64,000 nt of DNA, taken from contig OZ374557.1 of assembly GCA_977862235.1 (NCBI GenBank), positions 3,906,001-3,970,000 on the forward strand. The letters are read 5' to 3'. The number at the start of each line of letters is the position of its first letter. Within the stretch, counting starts at the first letter, position 1. This document shows, piece by piece, positions 10,480 through 21,928 of this stretch. The notes below the pieces were generated by a model. It made no database searches and was not told the origin of the DNA. It worked only from the letters and a program-made list of their open reading frames with translations. The translations under genes were made by a program, and so were the position numbers. Source of the stretch: Dudresnaya verticillata (taxonomy: Eukaryota).

Positions 10480-13400
10480 CCAATTCTGGGTCTGTCTCTT
10501 AAGGAGCAGTGATATTCGCAGGCTGTACGTGCGTCCCGTTGTGGGACATGTGGCGGATATGGTGTTGCTGTACTCGCCTTCGCTGATGGTCTTGCGTGTC
10601 CTATGTTATTCATTTTCACTTTGCAATGCCTGCGGCGGAAGTGGAGAATTTGTTTCGCTTTGGCAAGAGACAGCGTCGTCGAGTGATGCACTCTCTTACA
10701 CAGGCGGTCCAAATTGTCTTTTCAAGCAGATGAGAATGTGCATCGGACTGCCAGGCGATATGTGTCTTCCGGATTACCGGTCTAGTGGTGCCTTGCATTG
10801 ATTGACAACCGCAGGAATGTGTTGATGTTGGAGTCAAGGTAATGGTGCTCAGAGGTGTGGCGGAATGATGAGATTGGTCGAGAGAGCTTGGGAAGTCGGC
10901 TGTGGCGTTACCCGAGACAGGGACAAGGGTTGTAGGGTGAGACGAAGCGTAAGACCACTGGAGTATAGTTTATGTGATTGATTCTATCGCAGAAGCACTA
11001 AACTTGAGTCGACAATGACTATGAATCTACTACTAGAATCTTTTCAAGAGTTGCTAGTATTTATTATTCAAGAGGTGCAGTTCTAGTAGTCAGTAGTTCT
11101 TGACACGATTCTGACGCTAACATGATGCTGAGACGGACCTTATTTCAACGGTGACGTAACAAAACCAGTAGGCCAGGCAATTGTCAACATAGTTTCCCAA
11201 ATGTATTTATTGCTGTTGCAATCACATCCCGCATGCAGAACGAGACCCGAATAGACGAGGAAGAAGAAAAAATTCCGCTGTAGTCGGGAACGTTAAGTTT
11301 CTCTTGCACTTGTCTGTCCGTGGTTTCATGCAGCTGTCTGAGTCTGATGACGATACTTTTCGTAAAACTGTCTTGATGAAAGCCTTGATTGAGTGGTTTT
11401 TGTTTCGTTAACATAGTAGAAATACTAGAAGTAACACAACATGTCACAATACAATGCGTTCAGCATTTGTGCAGTCGAACCGGTGTCCTGTAACTGGAGG
11501 AAAAATAAAAGTGCAGAATGCAAGCGGCTTATCTAGAGAAGCGGTAAACAAGTCGTTTCTCCGCGAAGGTGTCGGAGGTCATTTGGAAAAATAGCTTGCG
11601 GTCACTGAGAGGGACCAAATAGATAGTAGACACTGTGCAGTACTGCAGCAGTGCGCCAGCCGCTGGTTGGAGCGGTGCAACGCCCAATCGCCACTGGCAC
11701 TGGGTCTGAAACAATGACTTTCCTTTCCTTATAACGGGAAGTTTGCGTCGTGAAGGAGAACGGGTAAGCCACACCACATTGTCATTGCGAGCGTGTATTA
11801 ATTATAACGGTGGCAGTCTCAGGTGTCTTAGTTTTAGTTTGTCTGATTCGCAAGTCGGGACTGCTGTTGTCTAACGATCTTTAAACCGCTGGGAGATGAT
11901 GCTGTAGCGTCATCATCAGTCACTCGCGCAAGAAATGTTTTTTCATGGGGTGACGGTGAGTTGATGCAGTGGCATAGACATTAAAAGTTATCTCCAACGG
12001 ATGCGCTGCGTGAAGAGCGGGAGAATTGGTACAGTACTGTACAGCATCTTCACTAGTGATGTGTGTTTCCATAGGATGAAGAACATGAGGTTTGTAGGAA
12101 GCGGGGGCTTTCCCGGCACGCGGAACAGCACCTGGCGGGTGGGATGCGAGACGAATATTAACGTTAGTGTGGTTGACGCGGGAGATTTGATGGAGGAAAT
12201 GCGCCATACTTTATAAACTTTGAACAGCCACAAAAACGATTTATAGCGCCGAATTATAAGCGTGCTGTACAGTACCTTGAAAGTACCACTGCGCGGGACC
12301 ACTTGAGTACTGTATTGTATGGATGTAATGATGCGACATTTTAAGATTCGCGCTCGTCTCGAGCCACTTGTTGTTGTTGTGTCATGCTTTTGACGGCACA
12401 GTGGCCGCGTGATCGAGATTCGTGAGGTGCGCACCTCAAAGAAGAATTATTTGCAGCCTGCATGGATTGCGAGCGGTCCAATACGAGAGATATTGGCGAG
12501 GAAGGTGCCATCGTCGAGGACACAGATAAGGAAAAGCCGTCCAACACAAATGGTCTTCCCAATGAATTTTCTATCTCCGAACCCTGTCGGCTGTGGATTG
12601 ACTGGAAGATCATCTTGTCATTTGAGAACAGTTTATGCATGCACGACGCGATGCGTTGTCACATTGAGCTGTGGTGGTGTGCAATATCCGACTGGGGCCT
12701 TTCAGCAGTAGTGCAGAGCGATCAAGTGCAACATTACGGGGCGAGGGACGGACGAGGGCGGAACGCACAACTGCTATAGAGCAACACAGCGAGCATGCTT
12801 GTGCCTTGGAGGATTGCTGTCGCGGACACCAAAGCGGAGTGCGCAGAGTTGGAATGAATGATGGATGGATAGTGACTGTAGCGCGCTGTCGAGATACTTT
12901 AGGCTGATCACGCGCCGCGCAACATGCCAACACGCACTGCACAACACAACTGGAGTGAAAGCAAAATGCTTTGACACCGAAAGCTGGCATACACAGCGGG
13001 AGGTGTAGGAGGTGTGAGGTGCGCAGTGCTACACCAGTAGGCAGGCAGTGAATCTTGTTCCACTGCAGAGCAAGAGCGAGCGAAGCGTCAAAGAAGGTTA
13101 CGAACACAAGGCGGAGCGGGGCGAGGAAGGAGATATGCGGCTGGGGCTTGCCTGCGCACGCAAGCAAAGCAAGACGCGTCGTCGAGCGGGGTGGACGGCG
13201 TCGGGAAGACAGTCCGAGGCAGTCGGTCGGACAGTCGGACGCAGTCGGGGGGCAGTCGGACGCAAAGTCGCGCATTTGTGATGCCTGTCGAGCGGGCGCA
13301 GCGGGCGGGCGATGTACGGAAGCGGTGATCTGACTGACGAGCGGCGGAGCAGGGTGCGAGCCAAGTCAGCGCGCAGGCCGTGGCGCACACAGAAGAGCGC

Positions 13401-13958
13401 AGCGCAGCGCGGCGGCGGCGGCGCTGGGTGCGTGCGCGCGGTGCGCATGCCGCTCCGTGCCTGCCACAACGACGCGACAACACGAGCAGCCAGTCGGTCA
13501 AAATGGCGAACGCAGCGCCGACGGCGGAGAGATCCGCGCGCAGTGCGCGCGGCGGCGGCGGAGGGTGTCCACGAACAGTGCCGTTCCGTAGACGCGGCGC
13601 AAACGAAGCCTCACGCCACGTCGCGTGCCGACGAGACGCCCAACGCGCGCGGCGCAGCAATGCGCCGCTCACCGCGCGCCGTGCGCCAAGTCACGCGATG
13701 GCCCGCGAAAACCCCCCGCAGAGCACGCTGCGCCACGGCGCGCGCTTTTGATCCGCGCGCTCCTCCGGTGGCCATCCAAGTCACCGACGCGCGCCCGCTC
13801 CCGCGCGTTCACCACGCACAAGTAAGCCGCGCCCTTCGCGCCGCTAGTCCCCGGCCGTCGCCGCCGCCCCCCCATCGCGCCTCCCCCACCACCCTGCACT
13901 CAAGCCCCCCCGCCTGCGTCGGAACCTCCGCGCGCGCGCCCCTCCCCGCCGCCGCACC

Positions 13959-15323
13959 ATGTCGCGCCGCCGCCAACGTCGACCCGTCTCGCACGACGCC
14001 CCACCTGTGCCCGCTTCCGCGCCGGCTGCCACGCCGAACACCTCGACATGGCCGCGTCCGTGCTCCACGCCGCTCCTGCGCCGCCGCTCCCGCACAAGGC
14101 CGTCGCAGCCGGCTCTTCCGCCGCGCCCGCACACCACCGAGCCCGCCCAAGACCCGACCCCGACCCCCTTCGTCCCGGTCCGCGTACTCGACTTTGTCAC
14201 TGTCCCGGCTGCGCGCCTCGGCTCCCCGCACCAAGCGCTCGGGCCCGTCGACCAGGCCCTCCGCCCCCCGTCGTACGACCTGTCTTCGTCGTCTCCGCGC
14301 GCCCCGCACGCCTGGGACCCTGACGCTACCGATCGTCTGCTCGACGCCGAATATTCTTCCGTGTGCAGCACGTCGTCCGAGGCGTCCATCGTGCAGCGTC
14401 CGGAGAATGTCTTCCTCATTGAGGACGACAGCCACATCGACCGCCTACGCCATATCGTTGGAGCCGCTAAAAAGTCTGCGACACCGGAGACGGTGCGCCC
14501 CGACCTAACATCCGAGGCAGAGGTATGCGTAGTGCATCGCATCGATGACCATCTGTCCGACGCATCATCTACCCAGCTCTCTGCCTCTCAGTCGTCGATG
14601 CTCTCCACGGCTGCCACGAGTCGTCAGCCTGTGGCCGCGTCGTCTGCGGCGAGCACTGCAGGCTTGTCACAATCCCCGTCCATTTGCTCAGACCCGCCGT
14701 CCGTGCTTGTACCAGTACAACGCACCAGTCCGGTGTCCCCGACAAGGCGAGCCTGTCTGTTACCGAAGAAGGCTCCGTCCCCAGTCAAGTACACCTTTCG
14801 ACCACCCGTCCAGCCGCCGCATGCGCTCAAGGACCGACAAGAGGGCTATGTGAAGGGTACTGCCGTTGTGCCGCGCATGTTACACGAGCGTGTTATGTGC
14901 GTGCCGCGGGAGACGTCCAACGTTTCGCGGGCATCTGGGAGCATTGAGAATGCCCCGTCGTTAGATGCCGTTAAGGGCGCTGTGGAGAGCATCGACCCGC
15001 GTGTTGTGCTCGGCATGGCTACACCGCCAAGCCTTGGTCTGAGTCCGGTGGGTATATTCCGACGAGCAGCATTCAAGCGTGACTCGGATGAGAGCAGCCG
15101 CTCGACGTCGACCGAGTACTATGAGGATGAGTACACCAAGTTTATTGGCCGCAAGACCATCTCGCCACTGCGGTTGCGACCGCTCAAGATCGTGCCAGCT
15201 GAGACGATGGCTGGGAAGAGCGTATTCACTGCTCGGACACATTGTCGAAGTAACTCGACCGTCTCGGTGGCCACCTCGGATGATGAGTACAATCCTGCAG
15301 TGTCGCGATTTTCAAGAGTCTGA
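13959..15323 (+). CDS. Unknown Ser/Pro-rich disordered protein (454 aa)
   Basis: Long ATG-initiated ORF that continues beyond the GC-rich island. No domain recognised. Confidence 0.6.
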   Translation: MSRRRQRRPVSHDAPPVPASAPAATPNTSTWPRPCSTPLLRRRSRTRPSQPALPPRPHTTEPAQDPTPTPFVPVRVLDFVTVPAARLGSPHQALGPVDQALRPPSYDLSSSSPRAPHAWDPDATDRLLDAEYSSVCSTSSEASIVQRPENVFLIEDDSHIDRLRHIVGAAKKSATPETVRPDLTSEAEVCVVHRIDDHLSDASSTQLSASQSSMLSTAATSRQPVAASSAASTAGLSQSPSICSDPPSVLVPVQRTSPVSPTRRACLLPKKAPSPVKYTFRPPVQPPHALKDRQEGYVKGTAVVPRMLHERVMCVPRETSNVSRASGSIENAPSLDAVKGAVESIDPRVVLGMATPPSLGLSPVGIFRRAAFKRDSDESSRSTSTEYYEDEYTKFIGRKTISPLRLRPLKIVPAETMAGKSVFTARTHCRSNSTVSVATSDDEYNPAVSRFSRV

Positions 15324-15509
15324 TATTCGTTTCGCTTTGTCTAAAGTTGCTCTGGGTGGGTTTCGATGCCTTGCATTATAATTAAAATTGAGTTATGCGT
15401 CTTCTTCAGCGAACGGGAAAAAAGACAAGTGCTCCTGCCATTGGTACGGGATTGCCTCCCATTAGGAGATGTAGTTATAGAACGACCAAAGAGACTACGT
15501 CGTCACTGA

Positions 15510-16310
15510 TCACAAGCCCAGCTCCTCCAACAGTACGCGGTGTCGTGCCACGCATACATGATCCTTCGCCGCTAACGTGTCCGCAAATTGTGCAACGCGA
15601 ACTCCAGCCATCTCCAGAGCAGCCTCGCCACGCTCCAACACGTTTTGAATCCTGTCCCCAAGCTCAAACCAAAGCACGGCGGTACAAGCAGAAAGCACAA
15701 TTAGGCGTCCAGCTACCAAGAAGGTCCATAACACCACCCTTCCGAAAACACCGAATGTTGCCAAGCGCCAATACACCGGGTGGCCGCCGGTTCGCCCGCG
15801 GCGCCAATCTTTCCCTACCCAAACGCCCATTAGCGCCCGCAGTGCCCATAGCTGTGCCAGAACAGAGGCCGCACACAGAACCAGCAGACAGACCTTGGGG
15901 AGGGCTCCGGCGCGCTCCGCGAGAGGCCCGAGCACGAGCAATACGGCTGGTGGGAGCAGGCCGCGCAGGGAGGAAGTGACGTCAGCTGTGAAGGCGTGCG
16001 AGCGGGAGGGAGCGCCTCCGCGGCGCAGGCGTGGAGATGACGATTCGTGGGTTGAGGGGTCGGGGTCGTGTGGGCCGTCCAGCGAGACTGACGTGCCGGA
16101 GAGGGCGGGCTCGTCGGAGTGGTATTCGAAAACGTCCCGGGTTGGGCTGCACGGCGGGCTGCTCGACTGTGTTGGAGAGGTTTCGGTGGCCGGCCACGGC
16201 TTTTCTGAGCGGGGCCGCGAGAGGGCTGGGCGGGCGCGGCGCTGTGGGCTTGCGTCCGGGTTTTGTAGCGTGATACGGCTTAGCGAGGTTGAGAGAGAAT
16301 CCATGTCCAT
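15510..16310 (-). CDS. Unknown membrane protein: disordered Ser/Pro N-terminus and 2-3 hydrophobic segments
   Basis: 266-aa ATG ORF with hydrophobic stretches VCLLVLCAASVLAQLWAL and VVLWTFLVAGRLIVLSACTAVLWF. Confidence 0.6.
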   Translation of the reverse strand: MDMDSLSTSLSRITLQNPDASPQRRARPALSRPRSEKPWPATETSPTQSSSPPCSPTRDVFEYHSDEPALSGTSVSLDGPHDPDPSTHESSSPRLRRGGAPSRSHAFTADVTSSLRGLLPPAVLLVLGPLAERAGALPKVCLLVLCAASVLAQLWALRALMGVWVGKDWRRGRTGGHPVYWRLATFGVFGRVVLWTFLVAGRLIVLSACTAVLWFELGDRIQNVLERGEAALEMAGVRVAQFADTLAAKDHVCVARHRVLLEELGL

Positions 16311-16703
16311 TTTTGGGTTGCGTTGTGCGGCTGAGGAGGTGGGACGGGAGCGAGTAGGACGTTCTGAGCAAAGGGGGGGGGAGGTTTGGGATGTGGTGAG
16401 AGATGCGTACGGTACTGCGGAGGGGTCAGCGCCGCTGCGCTTCCTCTCGAGAAGGACAGATCAACGTGGCATCGATTGCAAGTGGCAGCGCTGTAATTAT
16501 CCTGCTTACAGTCTCTGTCGAACGCATCTGCGCAGAACACGGGCGACGGCCGCGCATCGCTCAAGTCGAAGGAACACTGTCGGTGTGTACAACCGGCGAT
16601 CCCGTGCAGAGTTGTATCACCGCTACCCATCCGCACCTCCGCCCTCTCACCTCGCCCGCCGACACCCCCGTGACAACCTCCGTCGTAACCAGATCCCGCA
16701 GCA

Positions 16704-16988
16704 ATGTCAACCGGTATGCGCGCCGCGCGCCAGCTAGCACGTCGGGTTCCGCGCAGCGCCGGCACGTCCGGGAGAGCGTCCGCACCCGGCGCAAGCGGCG
16801 GTGCGTCGCGCAGCGGCGCCCGCGCCCACACTACGAGCGCCCCGCCCGGCGCGGGCCGCAGGCGCGCCATTCGCGGCGTCGCCCCGCGCAACACCGCGCC
16901 CGTCGTCCGCCGCATGACCCCCGCCGCAGCCGCCACCGGCCTCCTCGAGCTCTACCTCAAGGGCTGGGACGAGTTTGATGATACATAA
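16704..16988 (+). CDS. Small Arg/Ala/Ser-rich protein with an acidic C-terminal tip, probably organelle-targeted
   Basis: 94-aa ATG ORF. No acidic residues until the final LLELYLKGWDEFDDT. Divergent from the 16310 gene. Confidence 0.45.
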   Translation: MSTGMRAARQLARRVPRSAGTSGRASAPGASGGASRSGARAHTTSAPPGAGRRRAIRGVAPRNTAPVVRRMTPAAAATGLLELYLKGWDEFDDT

Positions 16989-17353
16989 TTAGTGCTCGGG
17001 CCCGCTGCTGCTGTCGCTCGCAGACGCCGCGGCGTGGACTATCGACTGCGTATGGACTTGAGTCGGCGCCCTTGCTTTCGCTTTGTGAGGCACGCTTGGC
17101 TGCGCTGGTGCGGACGATCGGACGCATTGCGCCTCGGATTCGCTTCGCTTCATCGTGCCGCGAGTGGATCGGTTCTAGAACATCAATTCTTGTTCGTGAG
17201 ATGCAAATGCGGTGCAAGTCGCAATGAGCCCATCGCGTACTGCATGCATCGACAAGCCGTGACTCAATCATCCTTTACCAAACTTTTATTCTCTGTCAAG
17301 GTGGATCGCCAGAAGGTCGTTGTGTGTGCCCGAGAGCGAGACGCTCAACATGC

Positions 17354-20300
17354 TCAGCTCCTGTGGCTATTGAGGGAATAAATCTTCTGTTGCAACTTTC
17401 GGTTGGTCCGGAGCGCGTTTTTGAGCACCGCCGCGTGTCTCTCCACCATTTTCTGCAGCTTCTGCACCCGCTCTGTCTTCTCCTCAACCTCGGCCTCAAG
17501 CTCTGCCATGCGCGAGAGATGCGCCTGCATGTCTTCCTCGCTCGCACCGCCGCCCATCCCGCCCACTCGCTCAGACACCGCCTTTGACGCCGCAAGCTCC
17601 ACCTCCAGCCCTTTGATCTGCATCATGAAGCCCCGCATCGCTGCATCCTTCTCTCGCATTTCCTCGCCTCGCTCGCCCACCTCCCGAGTCCGCTCATTCA
17701 ACTCTCGTTCTCGCTCCATTAGCTTCGCTGCCAGCTTGTCGTACTCCGCGCTGCTTGGCGTGTTCATGGAGATGTCCAAACCCAGTGCCTCTTCCAGTTC
17801 GAGTGCTCTGCTGCTTTCTTTTTCCAACTTCTCCCGAGCGTGATCCAGCTCGTCGCGTAGGTTCGAGATTAGCTGCTCTTTGTCTTCCATACTGTGTTGT
17901 GCTTTCGCAGACCGCACCCGCGACATCGGCCGGTTCCTGAGGTTCATCCGTGACGCATCATTCCGCGTCTGGGCATCGGCCACAGTCTCCCATCCTTGCT
18001 CATCGTCGTTTCCTGGCTGTCGTTTTGTGACGTCTTTGTGCTCCAAGCTCGTCCTTGGAGATAGGCCCTTGCCCTTGCCCTTCTCTTGATCTGCTTCTGC
18101 AAGTTTCAGTGCTTCTCTTTCCATCATCTTCTGCTTGGTGCTTCCAGGTGGACGGCCTCTTCTCCTTTTCGTGACTGGTGCCAGGGCTTCGTCTTTGCCA
18201 CCAGTCGAGTTCATTCCCTTTCGCTTCCGGTTCAACTGGAATTCCTTCATCGACTTTCCTTTCTGAATTGCTTGGGATGATGGCCTTCTGATACCTTTGA
18301 AGACTCCGGGATGTTTCATACTTCGCTTTCGAGGACGTCCTCTCGGTCGTTTGGCATGGATACCCCCTTCCACTCCGTATGTATTCTCTCTCTGGGAGTG
18401 TCTCTTTGGTCTTTCTGAGTCACCTGACTCTTGAACATCATCCCCCGAGAAGAGGTCTTCATCCACCATCAAGTCGTCATCCGATGCCGAATCGTTAGGA
18501 AGGCCTTCGAGACCTTCAAACGAGAAGCCATCTTGACCAGCAGCGTTGCTGTCCTCAGAGCGTGAACCGCCCCTTGCTTTCTTCCTACCTGGCAGGCTTT
18601 TACCAAGAGCACTGCGTCCAGGCTCGCCTGTGCTTGTTGCACAGTTTTCATTCTCTTCTGCATTTCCTTCTCTGCGCAAGACTCTGATTTCCTGGTGTAG
18701 TTTGTGTCGTAGTATCTCTACTTTTCGACGCTCTCGCAGCACTTGGTTGGAGGGTCTTCCTCGCCGCTTTGGGGCATTGTCCCTTTCTCTCAGTACGGCT
18801 AGTGCCTCCCCGAATGTTGCACCATCTTTCCCAACAATGGCTTCGGCAGTTGGCGAGCTCTGTTTCAGAACAGGCGCAGAGTTTCGCCCTCGCCCTACCA
18901 CGAACGACCTAGGTCGCTTTCCCTGAAGTGGACGTTCATTTGTGTGTCTGGGAGACAGTTGCCTTGGACTGGAAATGGGTGCAGCTGATGGTGAACCATA
19001 AGAGTCTGAGCGGCTTGCCCCTGAACGATGGTCTTCCGAATAGTCCAGTTCTAGACCGTGATCTTCACTATTGCTACCAACCCGACCAGATGCTGCTTTC
19101 TCCGGAACCGGAGACAACTCCATGTCATCATCGTTTCGTTCCTCAGATGAAGAAGACGCTTCGCTACGAGAAGAAACTGAACTTCGTTCACCCTCAGCGC
19201 GTTCTTCGGGAATAGTCATCCCGGGAGACCTCAGAGCTCCGTTACGCACAACGGAGGGCCGTCGAGAACCAACCAAGTTCATGGCGTCCAGCCCAACTAA
19301 CGGGGGACTCTTGTTACGAGTCACTGCTGTCTTCATGGTTTCTTTGATCTTTGGGGAGTTTTGTGAAGTGACTGCGGAACCTTTCTGTGCTTCCTCTCCA
19401 GGGTCACCGTCCTTCCGCTTCCAGTTAGTACCTCCATGTTCGTTTTCTGCTTCTTCGGGTACAAGCGCTGGTGGATTGGAATTTGTAACGAGCTGTTCCC
19501 GCCGTGATGAAGAATCCTGGCTGAGGTTTACAGGCTTTTGTGGTTCTTCAGTTACCAGAGCATTGTGTTTCCCCACATCTGAAGATTCTATCGGTCTGGG
19601 CGTCCTTTTTTCTGTGTTACTGTCAACTGTTGAAGGCAATATGTCCGACGCATTGCTCGTTCGAGGTTTCAGACTGAATGCGGGAAGCACCGGCATTCCT
19701 GTTATTTTTCCTTTCTCATGCTCATCTTCATTGCCCTTGCTAGCACTGGTTTTATTCCCCATACTTTTCAGGTTTTCGCGTTCCCCCTTTCTTCGCTTGT
19801 CATCTCTTTCTTCGCTACGACGAACATAGCGAAGAACTGGTGGCGCTAAGCTTCGCCGGGTGTGATCAGCTTCCCTGTCTCCAGAAGCCATTGACGTTCG
19901 AACAGGTTGGACGCCCGTGCTGCGTCCCGCACTGCCTGCGTGATCGTTTCCTGCCCGAGAGAAGCTGAACAAGCGACTGTTCGTTACCGAGATTGCTTTG
20001 CCTTTCGTTGCAAATCTTTCTGCATCATCGCTTGCTTTTTGGGATGTCTGAATGCTTGGCGGTTCTCCTGCTCCACTGCTGGATGACTCGCGAACAATAC
20101 CTTGTCCACCGGCATCCTGATGTGTGGCAGTTTCATGTTTTGCGGCATGATCTTCTTCTCTCGCGGAAGAGTTCTCCCCAGGACCACCGGCTCCAGTGAA
20201 GCGTTTCGCTGCTTTGATTATCGTCCGGCGAGCACTCTTCATAGCAGCAGTGATGCTGCTGTCTTCAACGGCATCTCCAGATACGTTTGGTCCCGGTGAT

Positions 20301-20368
20301 AAGCGCGGCAATTTAGGACTGCCAGTTGAACGAGCCCGATCGGAAGAACGAGTAGCATATGGTGACAT
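17354..20368 (-). CDS. AT-hook nuclear protein with C-terminal coiled coil (1004 aa)
   Basis: Three AT-hook-like motifs (KRRGRPS, KRPRGRPRK, KRRRGRPPGS) and an E/K/R-rich helical C-terminus. Confidence 0.8.
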   Translation of the reverse strand: MSPYATRSSDRARSTGSPKLPRLSPGPNVSGDAVEDSSITAAMKSARRTIIKAAKRFTGAGGPGENSSAREEDHAAKHETATHQDAGGQGIVRESSSSGAGEPPSIQTSQKASDDAERFATKGKAISVTNSRLFSFSRAGNDHAGSAGRSTGVQPVRTSMASGDREADHTRRSLAPPVLRYVRRSEERDDKRRKGERENLKSMGNKTSASKGNEDEHEKGKITGMPVLPAFSLKPRTSNASDILPSTVDSNTEKRTPRPIESSDVGKHNALVTEEPQKPVNLSQDSSSRREQLVTNSNPPALVPEEAENEHGGTNWKRKDGDPGEEAQKGSAVTSQNSPKIKETMKTAVTRNKSPPLVGLDAMNLVGSRRPSVVRNGALRSPGMTIPEERAEGERSSVSSRSEASSSSEERNDDDMELSPVPEKAASGRVGSNSEDHGLELDYSEDHRSGASRSDSYGSPSAAPISSPRQLSPRHTNERPLQGKRPRSFVVGRGRNSAPVLKQSSPTAEAIVGKDGATFGEALAVLRERDNAPKRRGRPSNQVLRERRKVEILRHKLHQEIRVLRREGNAEENENCATSTGEPGRSALGKSLPGRKKARGGSRSEDSNAAGQDGFSFEGLEGLPNDSASDDDLMVDEDLFSGDDVQESGDSERPKRHSQRENTYGVEGGIHAKRPRGRPRKRSMKHPGVFKGIRRPSSQAIQKGKSMKEFQLNRKRKGMNSTGGKDEALAPVTKRRRGRPPGSTKQKMMEREALKLAEADQEKGKGKGLSPRTSLEHKDVTKRQPGNDDEQGWETVADAQTRNDASRMNLRNRPMSRVRSAKAQHSMEDKEQLISNLRDELDHAREKLEKESSRALELEEALGLDISMNTPSSAEYDKLAAKLMERERELNERTREVGERGEEMREKDAAMRGFMMQIKGLEVELAASKAVSERVGGMGGGASEEDMQAHLSRMAELEAEVEEKTERVQKLQKMVERHAAVLKNALRTNRKLQQKIYSLNSHRS

Positions 20369-21928
20369 TTTCGATGCTTTAAGTCATTACTTGGTGATGA
20401 AAGTCGAGCATAGTGCGTTACCTGAGCTAACCTGAAGAAGACTTGAAACCCGGTCGCATACAAGATATGTACCAGTGGCGCGATTGCTCTCTAGTCTGCA
20501 CATGACTGTCTGAACCGGCAAAGGAGCAATAAGCTTCTCGTGATGGAATAGAACTGCCTGAGATGGGAGCGCTGCCCGCAAATTTGCCTGTAGTGAGCCC
20601 AAGTTTTTTGGGCCTTATCGTACGCATCAATGGCAGGGCTCATGGTTTCAGTAACGGTCTTGAAGTGCCTTCGCCTCAGGCCCAGATGAAAATGCTTGTG
20701 CCTTGTTCAAAGCAAAACCAACCGAGTGTTTCCGGGTCTAAGAAAGGGCCAGGTTAGTCATTTTGACTGAGCCGTTTCAGCACCTGCTGAAAAGATTACA
20801 ATTGCTCAGACCTGTAATGTCGGAATAGCGAGGTGTGCCTTTAGACACGTCTAACCAGTTAATGGAGAATGCCATATTGTGGAACCAAAGAGATGTCGGT
20901 CTGGCCATAAATCCTTAAGGGATAATGGTTGCGGTATGCTACGAGAAGTAGCGACGGAACACAGTATAATGAGAGAGCATGAAACTTTAATTTCATGCCC
21001 CCATCGGCATTATGACGCTCTGGGTCTCGCGCGGGAGACAAAGGCGCGTTGGAGCTATTCAGAACGGTAGGCCAAGAAACTCTGAGTGATGAACTGCGAA
21101 CTTCCTCAACAGAACTCGTCAAGATCAAATATTCCAGTGCGGATAGCATTGCGCGTCATTGATCTCGAGCAGTGCTGAGAAGACGCATCTCGCCCTGGGA
21201 GTGCCGGCCGCAGTCAAAACTGTTACCATCTGATCAGGATCATGGGGGTAAAAAGAGCTTGCTTGTTGCTCCGGTCATCATCAGAAAACTAAAACCGGCG
21301 GTAGGAACACTTCTGTTTCAAAAGGAAACTGCAACATAAACCAACTGTGCCGTGCGAAAGTTAACGTGTCATCGTTCAACGAGGCCGTGCTGCTTGCCAA
21401 ACTGCAGTTCCACCGCAGCACGATTTCATTTTGTTTGCATTCTTGGTCTTTCCACTCTTTGCGCACTGCATTTGGTTGTTGCCCCATCCTCTCAGATTAA
21501 AAGGAAAATACGTCAGAGACCAGAAATCAAGGCAGTTGACAACAATAATCAGGTTTTAGTCTCTCTCGTCCACGCTCAATACCAGTCCAGTACCAGTACG
21601 CATTTCTCTCAAACGGAAGATCAACAGAGCATGCACATTGAAACATTTGCACTCTCGAGTATGCATTCCTTCTTCCACTCCCCACTGTGCATTAGATTCT
21701 CCCTTGCCTCAGGGCCTACCCTCTTCGTAAAAATGTTCAACATGAGTCTCATAACTAGAGGTCTTGCACTAAAACACGGGACTATTATTGCCAGGAGTTC
21801 CCTGGAGGCGCGATATGAACAAGTCCGTGTTGTTTTCCGAACGCTCAAATACTCTAGATCAAGTAGGTTTGCTCTTTCCTCTATTCCTGTCAAGTGAAGC
21901 TGTAACACAAAGCTATCCTGCTAAAGAT

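Noticed and set aside
11340..11370. CTGATGA followed by a short stem, suggesting a hammerhead ribozyme
   Set aside because: The required GAAA after stem II is absent (reads TAAA) and stems I and III are not evident.
13088..14542. Many overlapping Arg/Ala/Pro-rich ORFs in GC islands (also 36.2-38 kb, 41.1-43.5 kb, 49-51 kb)
   Set aside because: Explained by stop-codon scarcity at very high GC; no domains.
21086..21180. GTGATGA...CTGA spacing compatible with a C/D snoRNA
   Set aside because: No terminal stem or recognisable rRNA guide; such short boxes occur by chance.
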